A stretch of 64,000 bases of DNA, taken from assembly GCA_976226885.1 (NCBI GenBank), contig OZ320316.1:89652001-89716000 (forward strand), written 5' to 3'. Position 1 is the stretch's first letter. Each line of letters opens with the position of its first letter. Made by a program: the position numbers and the translations under genes. The notes below the pieces were generated by a model that was not told the DNA's origin, searched no databases, and saw nothing but the letters and a program-made list of their open reading frames with translations. Source of the DNA: Iphione sp. A-MEVVRFRX5. Its lineage: Eukaryota. Positions 52,701-64,000 of the stretch are shown here, piece by piece.

Positions 52701-53634
52701 ACCTGAAAGCGAGAGGAATCCGAAAAACATTCGACCTGAACAAGGCTTTGATACTACGCTTCTAAAAGTGAGGCACATTTTCATTGTTGCCATCTCCTTT
52801 GTATACCACTCCTTAAGAGATGTTTCCCAAGTGGCTCTTTTTTTTCTCCAGGGTGTTCTATGTTGTCCTTCTCTTTGGTAACCACTGTAATTCGTCACTT
52901 AACCTCCAGGCGAAGATGCTCAGAGGTGATGAATTATACCCCTGGCTCTGGGCGAGAGAAGGTCATATCTACGTGTTCACTCTTGATCTAGTGTTAAATA
53001 ATGGGTGCTGCTATACAGGGTGTGTGTGTTCAATTTTACAGTAGGCAACGCGCGGGAAGTCTCTATTCCTCACATGTATCGGAAAATTACAGAATATTTG
53101 AAGAGAGGCATGTAGGTAATAATGGAAGTGCTTCCTTCATTACAGTAAGAGGAAACACTATCTGATGTCTACAAAAGCATTATAACATAGAAGTCTCAGC
53201 TAAAAAGACCTCAGTAGTCTTCAAAATGTTTGGGTTTTAACCTGTAATTCCTTCTCTAACAGTATGACAGCGAAAGATCGTGTGATTTCGTCTACTTTCA
53301 TTAACCAGGCGCAGAGCTCTGATCTGCATGATTTATTATAGATTTGGACCGTTTTCTTTTTCGCCATCTTTATATTTTCTGTCTTGAACATCTTCTTGCG
53401 CATTAAAATACATTTTCATGTTAACTGATTGCATGAATGCAACATCGTCGTTTAGTAATAGAGTTTGGGCAAAGATGCGTATAACTCGTCTTCGCACTCA
53501 CATATATACATATATATATATTTCTATCATCTTCCTCTGTTCTACTTTTTTCCATTCATCCATTTCCTTTTCCTCAAACATTCTTTGCCTGACAAGAGTA
53601 TTTCAAGAGTTAAAAATTTTCATTCTTGTTGCAG

Positions 53635-53795
53635 TCACGTCGAGAAGGTGACGACGAGAGATGACCCCCGCGATGACCCCGACTACGTCGAACCGCCACA
53701 GCCCCGAGAAGTCGAGCTGGCGCGGGATGACCAGATGGGTTTCGGTTTTGTGGCTGGAAGTGAAAAACCCGTCATTGTCCGATTCGTCACAGAAG
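53635..53795 (+). CDS. FRMPD4: FRMPD4-like gene, exon encoding the end of WW and first half of PDZ
   Basis: Acceptor ttcttgttgcag| and donor |gtgaaa; 161 nt, phase 2 to phase 1. Encodes [53 protein letters not shown], with the [12 protein letters not shown] carboxylate-binding loop typical of FRMPD1/3/4. Confidence 0.96.
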
Positions 53796-55660
53796 GTGAA
53801 AAACAGCATATTGTAACATGCCACACTTAATTGGTACATTCCGTGTGACCACGATCTGCGATAACATTAATTATTAAAATGTGCACGTTTATTCATGTGT
53901 CTGTATGGGGTAGCCTTTGCTTTGTTTTACTTTTGAAAAGGAAAAAAAATACAGTTTGAACCACTGAATTTATAAGGAGCATAGATTTGTTATAGAGACC
54001 TGTCGTATTACATATAATGCTGATTCAAAATTACACCGGGTGTAAATATATGTATGGACAGAGTAGATTCTCACGGCTGGGGACACCCTCGCCCCAAGTG
54101 AAAGTGTCCCTGTTTAGATGGTATCAACAATCCTAGATGGTAACAAATTTTACCGACCACAAATCCAAATGTGTCAAGTTTGTTCAGGTAAACTACAGTT
54201 TTAGTTCATCCGCTGGCCGCCAGGCATTCTCACAATGTCTCTCAGCGACCAGTCAATAGCATTACAGTCATACTTCATCGGCCAATTTGTATAATCTGTT
54301 AATTGCAAGCAAATTTAGTTAAATGAATAATGTGCTCACCTAAGGAAATTCTTCTACTACAAATGGCGCTGCTATGTGCTGCCACCTGGCGTTTCAGTAA
54401 CCATGTCTTCTCTGCATGGAAACCGTTGATTGCACATACATGTACTTTTCCCGTCTACACGTTTCGGACGTTCTTAAATCACTAGATTCTATTTTCTCGA
54501 ACTACATTTTACAGCTAAGCTTGCAATGTTGTAAAGATACGATTACCGGAATACGGACAAGATAGGCCTGCAAAGCACAGTGAGAATTTCAAACAGCCCA
54601 CTGATGGTGTTTTGTCCCAGAAGAATTTATACAATTCAAGTCATGCTTGGTGGATTACAAATCCTAATGTTTAATATAGTGTTTACGCATTTACACTAAT
54701 GTCTGTACACTAATTTGCTTTCATGTAACGTATTAATAACGCATTTAACTCATGAGTACAGTCAAAAGTCGCATAGGACACCAACCTTGGAACAGGAGGA
54801 TTTGGTCTCTTCCCAGGGTTGATTTCTCTTACAAGTTTGTCTCTAATAGAGCGTCAACTGTAGTTCAAACAAAGTTCACTTTTAGAACGCTTATATTGAA
54901 TTCATGTGTGCCAAAAACAATTTCAGTCAGGACCCAATATCCTAATCGCCTCGGTGCTCCTTATTTTCGTTCAGAAATCGAGCATATTTTCGGATACTCA
55001 GTCTGAATTCCATAAGAATTTATATAGCCCGTTTGTGTCAGTGAAAATTATGTGGAAATCGCATATTTTCAGATATTGCCTGTTCTAATATGAGTCCTGA
55101 CTAACAGGTCTATTCTTCCGATAATAAATGCAAGAGAAAAAAACTGTGAATTGAGGGTACAGAGGGCTTTCCCTTCCACAAATCTTACGCACTGGGAACG
55201 GGTCCATGCCGTAGAAAGTACCTCTTTTGTATGACTGATCATTTCCGCTTCGCAAAGACGGTGCGTTTGAAAATCACGGATTTATGTCTATAAGTCCTAG
55301 CACAACTTACAAAAGAGGTGTTTGTGTTCGGTCTTCAAACTCTTATAGCTTAAGAATAGTCAAACCATTTTGTTCATACTTGCAGAAAATGAGATCTAGT
55401 AATTGTATCTGAACACATCTTCATGAACTTAAGAAACATGACTGCTTTAGTATTACATAGTAAATAGCAGCTAGGAAATGATAACGCCTCGATTTACGAT
55501 TCATACATTTGGACAATATCAAGTATATACCTTACTCCTTTTTAGTATTAATAGGATATTTTTACCTGCAATTTCTTATGAAGGTAGGTTTAGTCCGGAG
55601 TCCACCATAGGTGCAGCTAAATGAATGTAGAACACAAGATGTTGGATGTTATGCTGCTGA

Positions 55661-56005
<345 letters not shown>

Positions 56006-56306
56006 TAGGTCACCACATCTAGAGATATCAATACACCTTCGTAATGACCCCTACCACAGAGTTTGAAGTGTCGCCTGGTTAATACTTACATAATGGATAA
56101 TGATAATCCCAAAGAGTGTGGTAAAAGTTTGTCGTGCTTGCGAAGACATTTTCATGGGACTTGTGGTGGAAGAAGACCTTACAGGTGGCGCTGCGTTTCA
56201 TTCCATTTGGTCTGGCACGACATCTTGTGTCTCCCAAGAGATATTTCTACCGTCTTACTGAAAATAGAGATAATCAACTAAAATGATTTATCTTTACTCT
56301 CTACAG

Positions 56307-56358
56307 GTCATGTAAAACTTCTGTCAGCCTTACCGTATGCCAGCCTTACACTGACAAC
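56307..56358 (+). CDS. FRMPD4: FRMPD4-like gene, short exon encoding the PDZ C-terminal strand
   Basis: Acceptor tttactctctacag| and donor |gtaagt; 52 nt, phase 2 to phase 0. Encodes SCKTSVSLTVCQPYTDN, compared with FRMPD4 SCKESILLTVIQPY. This exon is not in the ORF track. Confidence 0.92.
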
Positions 56359-58653
56359 GTAAGTTTAATATTTATAAAACTCACAACATGCGTAAGAAAG
56401 CAGATCTTTCATAATTATTAAACTTCAAAATAACCGTAATTAAAAAAACTACAGAGAACAATCAGTGTAAATAATACAAAATGATAAAAAGTGTTGGATT
56501 AACAAAGGTCCTTCAAATATTGTTTTCCATGTTTCACTGTATTTTTTTATCATTATAGCAATCCCTTCATATGATAAGAATTGAGGAAACCGTAAGTTTT
56601 AAAGAGGTCAGATGAGTTATCAGAGGTCAATTCTCGCGTTCTTTTATAGTACTTGACTTTATATGCACTTGAATTTCATTACAAACTTTTGTGTGCCAGT
56701 AATGTAAATTTTCAAGCCGATATCCTTTACCATAACTTCATTTGGGGAATGTCCTTTGTGGCTGTCCTAACATGAGTGTGATCACTAATCTACGAGATGA
56801 TGTCGTTTGATCTTATATGAAATATGTTTGTTTTTCGGATTTACTTGATTGTTTGTTATATATTGACCAAATTCTTACTAAATCATATCAATTCCTCCAT
56901 AGTAAGTAGCGATGAAAGTCTACTCTCCTTACAGCACCTGAGGGAGATATTTCTTCACTCGTTGGGTAAATGTTCTTTAAAATAATATTCCGCAGAAATT
57001 GTTTCCTTCTACTGCTTTCATCCTGCCCAAGCGGGACTTGGATTGTCAGATACTGCTGTACGTGAGGGATCAATAGAAAGAGGTCACGCTGAGTGACTGG
57101 ATGGTCAGATTCACCGTCTCCTATGACTAGCCCGAAACGCCAGCGGTGATAAGCAGTCAACCCGTTTGAGGGTGCTTGTTTCTGGATCTCTGGGAGAGAG
57201 ATAATGAGAAAGCACATAAAATAGACAGACATGCCAAGACAAAGAGACAGACAGGTAGGAAAGGGGCACTGCATAGAATCAGCGATAGAATGAGTATACA
57301 CAAAATGACGGTCAAGAGGCAAAAAGAGTTATCTGCGTGGGGGAACAGGCAAGAAAGAGAGGGAAGCGACACAAGTGAATCATTCCGCTTCTTGACAGGC
57401 TTCAGCATATCTACGCTACAAAAAAAGCTGACGTTGTTTTGTCTCTTACCGGCAGACTGTTTTACAAAAGGCCCAGAGGTGCACAACGACACATATGTAA
57501 CAAAGGGATGGGCTTATGGAATAGATCAGAGAAAAAAAATTGTCTCTTAGCAGCCTCAACTTCCGCAGTGATATTCAAATTTCTTCTGAACTACGCTATA
57601 TCCAGTCATAAAAGCAGTAGACAAGTGTTTTATTAACCTCCCAAACACAATTTCAGTTAGAATGCTTCTTATAACCTGTGCCAAAACAGTTTTAAGTACA
57701 ATTGTTACTTTCTCTTGACATGGAAACGGAAAACTTCATTAAGCCAGAAAATATATTCATCGTCCTCATCTGTTAGACCGCCGACTTAATGAAGTTCAGA
57801 AAACGTTCAGAAAATACATTCTAGCAGAATACTCAAATCTCTGTAGCCCTGGGAATTCAATTTGCTTCTCAGGTGTTCCATATGATTCTGAGGGTTATGA
57901 TAAAAATTCCTGATGTTCTTCACGAGACTGTTGTGTTAGGGAAAGGAGATGGGGGAGTACGATTAGAACGCGTGCCGTCCGGCCAATTTAATGACAAACC
58001 ACGGGCAGGGTGGGTGCCACCGTCAGCACCGGGAGGCGTCCTGCAGGAGCAGGGCACGTTGCCTCCTCCTGCTCCTCTAGCATTGCCTCCAGTAGGTGCA
58101 GCTTGCTGCGCGTCCTGCAGGAGTAGCAGCGGTAGCAGCAGCAGCATATCGAGGGACGCCTGACGCCTGGCGGGGCCGCCTACTAGACAGGTCGGAGCTC
58201 CAGGACTGTACCGGGAATGCCGGCTGCAGGAGTCGTCACCCCGCTCAGGTGGCCAGTCGCCTCTTCAAGAGAAAGCTCGTGAATGACCACGAAGGGGTCC
58301 ATAGCTCTTCTTCTCCTTAAAAGCCGATACGGTGTGATTAGAGAGAGCGTTTAAGTCACTCTTTAAATCACAGGCGTATCCAAGGAAGTGAAAAGGCGAC
58401 TGGGACTTCACTCTTGCCAGTGAGAAAATGCGTCAGGACGACGTTTGTTGCTCGTTGCAGCAGACAAGTTTATGGACACGACAGGTTATTGTTACTGGAA
58501 GGACGGCAAACAACGAGAATTAGACCATACATGTCCTCATACAGACAACAAAACAAGCTCATCCAAACATCAAGCCCCATGCATAACACCATGTACACCG
58601 GCAATTACACACTTCACGACAAGACTGTAAGTGGATATTTTGCTGTCTTTCAG

Positions 58654-58767
58654 TCTACACGCAAGTCGGCTCTACTAACAGCGGCAAAGAAAGCCAAACT
58701 GAAAAGCAACCCCTCCCGGGTCCGTTTCGCCGAAGCCGTCATAGTCAATGGTGCCCCAGTTGCTACT
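58654..58767 (+). CDS. FRMPD4: FRMPD4-like gene, PDZ-FERM linker exon
   Basis: Acceptor tgctgtctttcag| and donor |gtaagt; 114 nt, phase 0 to phase 0. Encodes STRKSALLTAAKKAKLKSNPSRVRFAEAVIVNGAPVAT, compared with FRMPD4 [31 protein letters not shown]. Confidence 0.95.
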
Positions 58768-60690
58768 GTAAGTACTAATATTAAATTTGTCGAGCATTGT
58801 CGTGCAATTCTTCTCTTCATTTAAAAACTTATACATGTTTAGTTTTATTTTCTCATCAGTGAAATGCTGTGATAATCATAAGCAAACACACTCTCTTCTG
58901 CAGAAAAAGGTAATATGGTGCTGCTGATACATGATAGCTCCAAATAAATGTATAAGAAATTATGCTTCGTAACAAGACTCGTGCACACTCTTCACGAAGA
59001 TACGTTTTAAAAGGTGCCTTTAAATCCTTCCCATGTACGGTATTTTGTATGACATATGATGTTTGCTTCATCTGATGCGGTGGCGAATAACTTCTTCACT
59101 CATGCTACTAATACTGAAGTCATTAGCAGGTATTACATAAGAATTTGTAATGCCTATTCGGAAGCATATAGGCGCAGGATTAAACCGATAATAGGGTAAT
59201 TTATTGTAGTATTCTCACTCCTTGGAACGCATTTAATCAGAGAAATTCCAACACTGCACCGCTGGTTGTGCATGGACACATTCATGGACAGGTATATGCT
59301 CATCGTGAGAGCATAGTGAAACGATGGAAGATTCTAAGCTGATATCACGCTTAACTAATGTCGTACGTTCCATAAATTATGTGTATATCACACGAGTTCA
59401 CTACCCATGAACCATCTTGAATAAGTGATAGCCCTGTCTAACATCAATGGCTCTTCCATTGTGACCCAGCCATTAACCCACCATCTGGCCATCTCTCTGA
59501 TGTGTACATAACGTTCATACTCCCGTTGAAGACCAACCAGTGCATGTAAATCAAACAGCTTGATATTCTTACAGCTGCTTAACTGGATAGATGCAAACAG
59601 TCCCATTTTAGGGCTTCAATTTTGTATCTATTAAGTGTTTTGCTCCACGAACTCCACGATGGTTCAATACAAATATCATAAGTGTGCAGACATATATTTT
59701 TTCCAACTTAGTTTGATCGCGTGACCACATTCAGTACCTAATTGGTCATGCTATTGACTTACACTTTCAATTTAGAATACAGTTTGTAACCGGCTTAATC
59801 CATTCTCTTACTGTTTCATGAAAACATGATGGCAACGCTGTAGTTTGTGGCAACATGTGGGCCCATTTGCTCCTCCTTGCGGCAGGGTTGTTATAACGCC
59901 AAGGGCCATATCCTGGCTCATGCCGACTAATCAGCTCGCCTGCTTCATTTTTAAGGGTCCCTGTCAACGCCTTGAGACTCAACTTTTCCTGTCATCGCAT
60001 AGGATATCAATGCAATTTTAATGTTCACAGAGGTAGCCCACAGAGTCGACTCTAAGTAATGTTACGCTGCGAACCTGTAGGGAGAAAGAATCTTTGTGTC
60101 TTTCATATGTTTGCATTCACAGTTGGCAACCATTATGCTTTACTAGTCTGTGTACATTAAAAAAGGATGGATCAGCAGGATGGATATGTGCTCCCTAGTC
60201 CCGTATGGTTTGGCCTCTATGTCCGCCAAACATTCCCTGAACACTTGTAAACAATGTCCTTCTAAACATACGGGTATTATGTGTTCTTTGGGAGATGCTT
60301 TCATGGTCTTTATTTTATTGTATTTAATATACATATTTTGAGTAGTTAATTTTTCCCATCTAGCTTCGAGAGTATATGCACTGGTTTTGGATCAACACCC
60401 CATCCAGCCAATGTTGATTACGTCGTGTTCACATGTACAGAGATTTGTTTATATTGAGGAACTAGTTTAGGCGTACATGTACTATGTGCATAAGGGCAGA
60501 TTTTCTGCGATTTCACTGCTTAGAAGATAGACGTGTACTATGGTAATAATGATATGTATATAAATCCCTCTAAATAACGCAAAGTCCGGAATGACATCTA
60601 AAAGCCCAGGTTTCAAACTGCATGTACATGTACAACTGAAACTCAAATGAAATATAATGGCTTCGGTCTCCCATACGTAAGGAGCTGCTG

Positions 60691-60827
60691 AAGATGGCGG
60701 AGACGTCAGGGTACTGCATCGATTTTTTCAAATCGCATTTCAGTCTTAATCCAGTCTATGTGATGAGCGCCAATTAGTATTGATCGGCTCTGTTTATTAT
60801 CCGCCTCGTTAGGCGCAACGATGGCGG
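60691..60827 (+). promoter_or_regulatory. Two YY1-like motifs in a CpG-rich intronic patch
   Basis: aagatggcgg at 60691-60700 and gatggcgg at 60820-60827, both matching the YY1 consensus core (AAGATGGCGGC). Confidence 0.3.
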
Positions 60828-63441
60828 ACTTAGGAAGAGAACAATTAAGTACAGACTTGGCCATCTGACCCATATATAGGCGTCCAACGACAGGGTCTAT
60901 TCATCGATTTCTCGGCTGCGCGCCCCACCAGCAGCATACCTCTGTCCGCATGTCCTACATCCTGCTTGACCCCTATACACACACATTTCTGGGCATCACG
61001 CACCATGCGTTGGCGGAACTTATTCCATGCAGGAACAACAGGGCCTTTGATGACTACATGATCAAATAGCGTGCTCGGATGTAGACAAGATATGGGACAT
61101 ACACGTGGGAAAAAGGCGTCAACGTTGCAGAACCACCTGTGTATGCAAGTAGGTGAAGATCGATGGCACCGACTTGGTAGACCACAAGGCCATTCATCTC
61201 CATTGTTATCCAGGACATAAATGCCTTAATTGACACATCGCTATACGTAAACAATTGGATTACGTTGAAGACCAAACCAGTGCTTAAAACTGCTTGATTA
61301 AAGGATACCGGTTGATGGATGTCAGTGATGCCTCTAAACATTCCTGGAAGCAACCTAAACGGACAAGGAGCCTCTGGTGCTGTCGACTTAGACTGAAGCT
61401 TTCCTTGTTTTTTTTCTTTTGGGAGTCTTGAAAGCAATACTGACCACACCGATATCGTTTCAAGTATGATTATAATATAACGGTAGTGCTGGCTGGATAT
61501 TACCCCCACAATAGTATGATAATCGGTCGCGTACCTGAAATCTGACCTCGACGCAAGACAATGCTGACAGAGGAAGAGTAACGTAGATGAGCGGGCTTCA
61601 CTTTGAGATTGAAACCATGCAACGGCCTGCAGGGACTTCTCCAGAGGAGGAGCCATCTCTTAAAGGTCACACCATTAAGGTATCTGTATAGACACATGGC
61701 CCCTCTATCTGGGTACACCTGATCCGGCCAGTCAGCATTGTGTGTTTCAAGGCGCTTGTGTTGTTGCGTGCGTGTTTATGTTCTTCTACATTAAGCATTT
61801 ATTACCCGAACATCCTAGCAGACTCTCGGCCCATTTGTGTAAGTAGCAGGCAGATGACCCAATTGTACACACAGTACCTTTTAACCAAGCTTTGGTTGAG
61901 ATGCGGTGTAAAAATTATCAAGTTCTTGGTAGCTGATTTTATAGTGGTAAAACTGCTTTGTTTTACCTCACAGTTCGGTTATAATCAACAATTCATTTAG
62001 GTAATTGAAATGAGATGTTTCATATTATTTCATAACATCATTTAAATGCCACAGGCTCCTGTTCAGTAACTGCACCCCCCCCCCCAAAAAAAAACTAAAT
62101 CAATAAATACACTTCGATATGTTTTGCCTTATATATATAATTATATGGTAGATCATTTAATTGGTGCTGAGTTCCGCTGCGTGAAGTTCATGTAAGTGAG
62201 TTTTACACTTCGGTAATATCAGCCTCTGCTTGGTTGTGAGGGTTTACCTGGCTGTGCATTTAGTAGCCACATTTACCTGAAGCCAAGTACTGATCACCAC
62301 CTGCTGGCAACAATGGCCCGCATTCACAGCCTCCGCGTTGCCATGGCAATGGTCTCGGGAGAGGGAGTAGGAGAGGAGTAGTTGTGTGCTTCTCTGTACC
62401 TGTGGTGGTTTCTACTACAAGCCTCCTCTAGGAGGCAATCATCATCAAGTTTTGGCTGGGGGCTGCCTGTATTGAGTGTGGTCCTTGTAACAATCAATAT
62501 TATCATGTCAAGATATTTTACCGATACTCTCCAACGGGCATACAGGTGCAAACTGGACCCACCCACCTCCATATCGAGGGTGTTATATTAAGTATACATA
62601 TTGAACTTTCTGTCCCTGTTTTACTGCATGGTGTATTGATTAATTTTTCTGGTACTACATGATATCGGATCGATGTGTAATAGCTCTCAAGGTGCACCGA
62701 CGTGGTCTCCTTCTTCAAGAGTATTCGTTTTTATCAGAATACGGCATTTATCAATACTGATGATATGAGTTAAATCCTGTAATTGCCCGGCCATTGATAG
62801 GAAAACGTGGCGCAATAGCAGTGTACACGTATTAACATTGTGGAATGCAACATATGGAGCAATCCATCGGAATTTTATAGAAAAGTATGATCTTAAGTTG
62901 TTAAGGTGAGGCGTCACATGGCGATTCACATCCCGCGAAAATTCCACGGTTTTTATATGAACAAAAAACTTCAGTCCATACGACCCTACACATATATAAT
63001 ACGAACGATCTTCGTGAAGCAGGCTTGTAAAAATGAGTGGAACGGTTCCGACATCAAAATTAATGCACAGGACCTAAAATATGCCTATTTGTGTACATTT
63101 TTACACATGTACATTCAATCATAAATGGCAGTACATACAAAAGTGGCTGATCTTCCTCTTAACGTTTTCAGCTATGAAATTAACAAGGTAGCATTCTTCT
63201 CCGCATTTGGTTTCAAGTACTTCATGTGTAGTTGTTTTGTGAAGTGCTTGAATATTAAGCTGTTCATGAAGTTAGGAAAATCCTGAGGTTGGCAGCAGCT
63301 GTGCACCTCATGTCCACGGTGACATATGTCAGAACTTCAGATGTTGTGATGATAAGTCGACAAAATGTCTTGTGAAGCAGATGTGAATTTAGAAGACTGT
63401 CTTCGTCGGAACTGTCACTACACTTTCGGTTATTCGAAGAA

Positions 63442-63657
63442 ATGTTGTGCTCTGGATTAAGCTTCCTTCGGGTTGAAGACGCTTGCGACGATGCCGTCAT
63501 CGACAGTATTTTACAATCAGAGAGTCAAAACGGTGATAACAGCGACGACGAGGATTTCGATCCTCTCCGAACCTTCCAGGATAAATGGACACAGACAGAT
63601 TTTCCCTTCGACGATGATGATCCACTGGATGTATCCGTCTTGCGGGAGGCCTGGCCA
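63442..63657 (+). CDS. Candidate alternative exon of the FRMPD4-like gene (acidic; alternative first exon from ATG 63442, or 78-nt cassette 63580-63657)
   Basis: Open, CpG-rich frame encoding MLCSGLSFLRVEDACDDAVIDSILQSESQNGDNSDDEDFDPLRTFQDKWTQTDFPFDDDDPLDVSVLREAWP. It ends in a perfect phase-0 donor cca|gtaagt. An internal phase-0 acceptor tcctctccgaaccttccag| lies at 63579. Confidence 0.5.
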
Positions 63658-64000
63658 GTAAGTTGGTGCCAGAGGTTTACCGCTTCCGTCTTTGAATTTA
63701 GGATACATTGAAATATACTGTCCAAAGCACCCTTCAACGAGAGCCGTAGATCAACGATGCGCCAGAGATGTCTAATTGTTTAGAAATGTCTCTAGTTGAA
63801 GATCCTGCATGCTTAGAATATTATGTATAACCAACATTTGGCTCATATTGTATAATGAATTTAGATGTGTCACATAAATAAGTATCCGTACATGTACTAG
63901 GTAATGTATAACGTGTAAATCTGTGATATAGGTGTATATTTGTAGTTTAATGTCATTGTCTATCTCCTGGGTGAAAATATGTCAAATCGACGACTTGTGC

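Noticed and set aside
54757-54790. TA-CAGTCAAAAG start resembling a Tc1/pogo TIR
   Set aside because: I could not find a matching inverted copy in the window.
58414-58824. ORF-track 136-aa protein, and similarly extended ORFs at 53465-53830 and 55661-56008
   Set aside because: Only the internal exon portions are coding. The flanks are intron read-through.

Overview
Eukaryotic, intron-rich genomic DNA. It is moderately AT-rich, has GT-AG introns and many TACATGTA motifs. This is most consistent with an invertebrate deuterostome such as amphioxus (Branchiostoma), which is an inference. The one firmly identifiable gene is a + strand FRMPD4/Preso1-like scaffold gene. Five exons (45281-45397, 53635-53795, 55902-56004, 56307-56358, 58654-58767) splice in phase into a WW domain, a PDZ domain and the conserved KSA..AAKKA.LKSNP..VRF linker. 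The FERM exons lie beyond the window end. A polyproline/acidic exon at the window start (ending 216, phase 2) is phase-compatible with the WW exon and may be an upstream exon of the same gene across a ~45 kb intron. An acidic exon at 63442/63580-63657 is a candidate alternative exon before the FERM region. The rest is intronic or intergenic, with a 5'-truncated CR1/L2-type LINE remnant, several decayed unidentified ORF-like tracts, short tandem duplications, low-complexity DNA and CpG-rich promoter-like patches. I saw no rRNA, tRNA, CRISPR array or prokaryotic system, and cannot support a wholly new biological system. The best leads are isoform architecture of the FRMPD gene and unidentified nested or decayed coding remnants.
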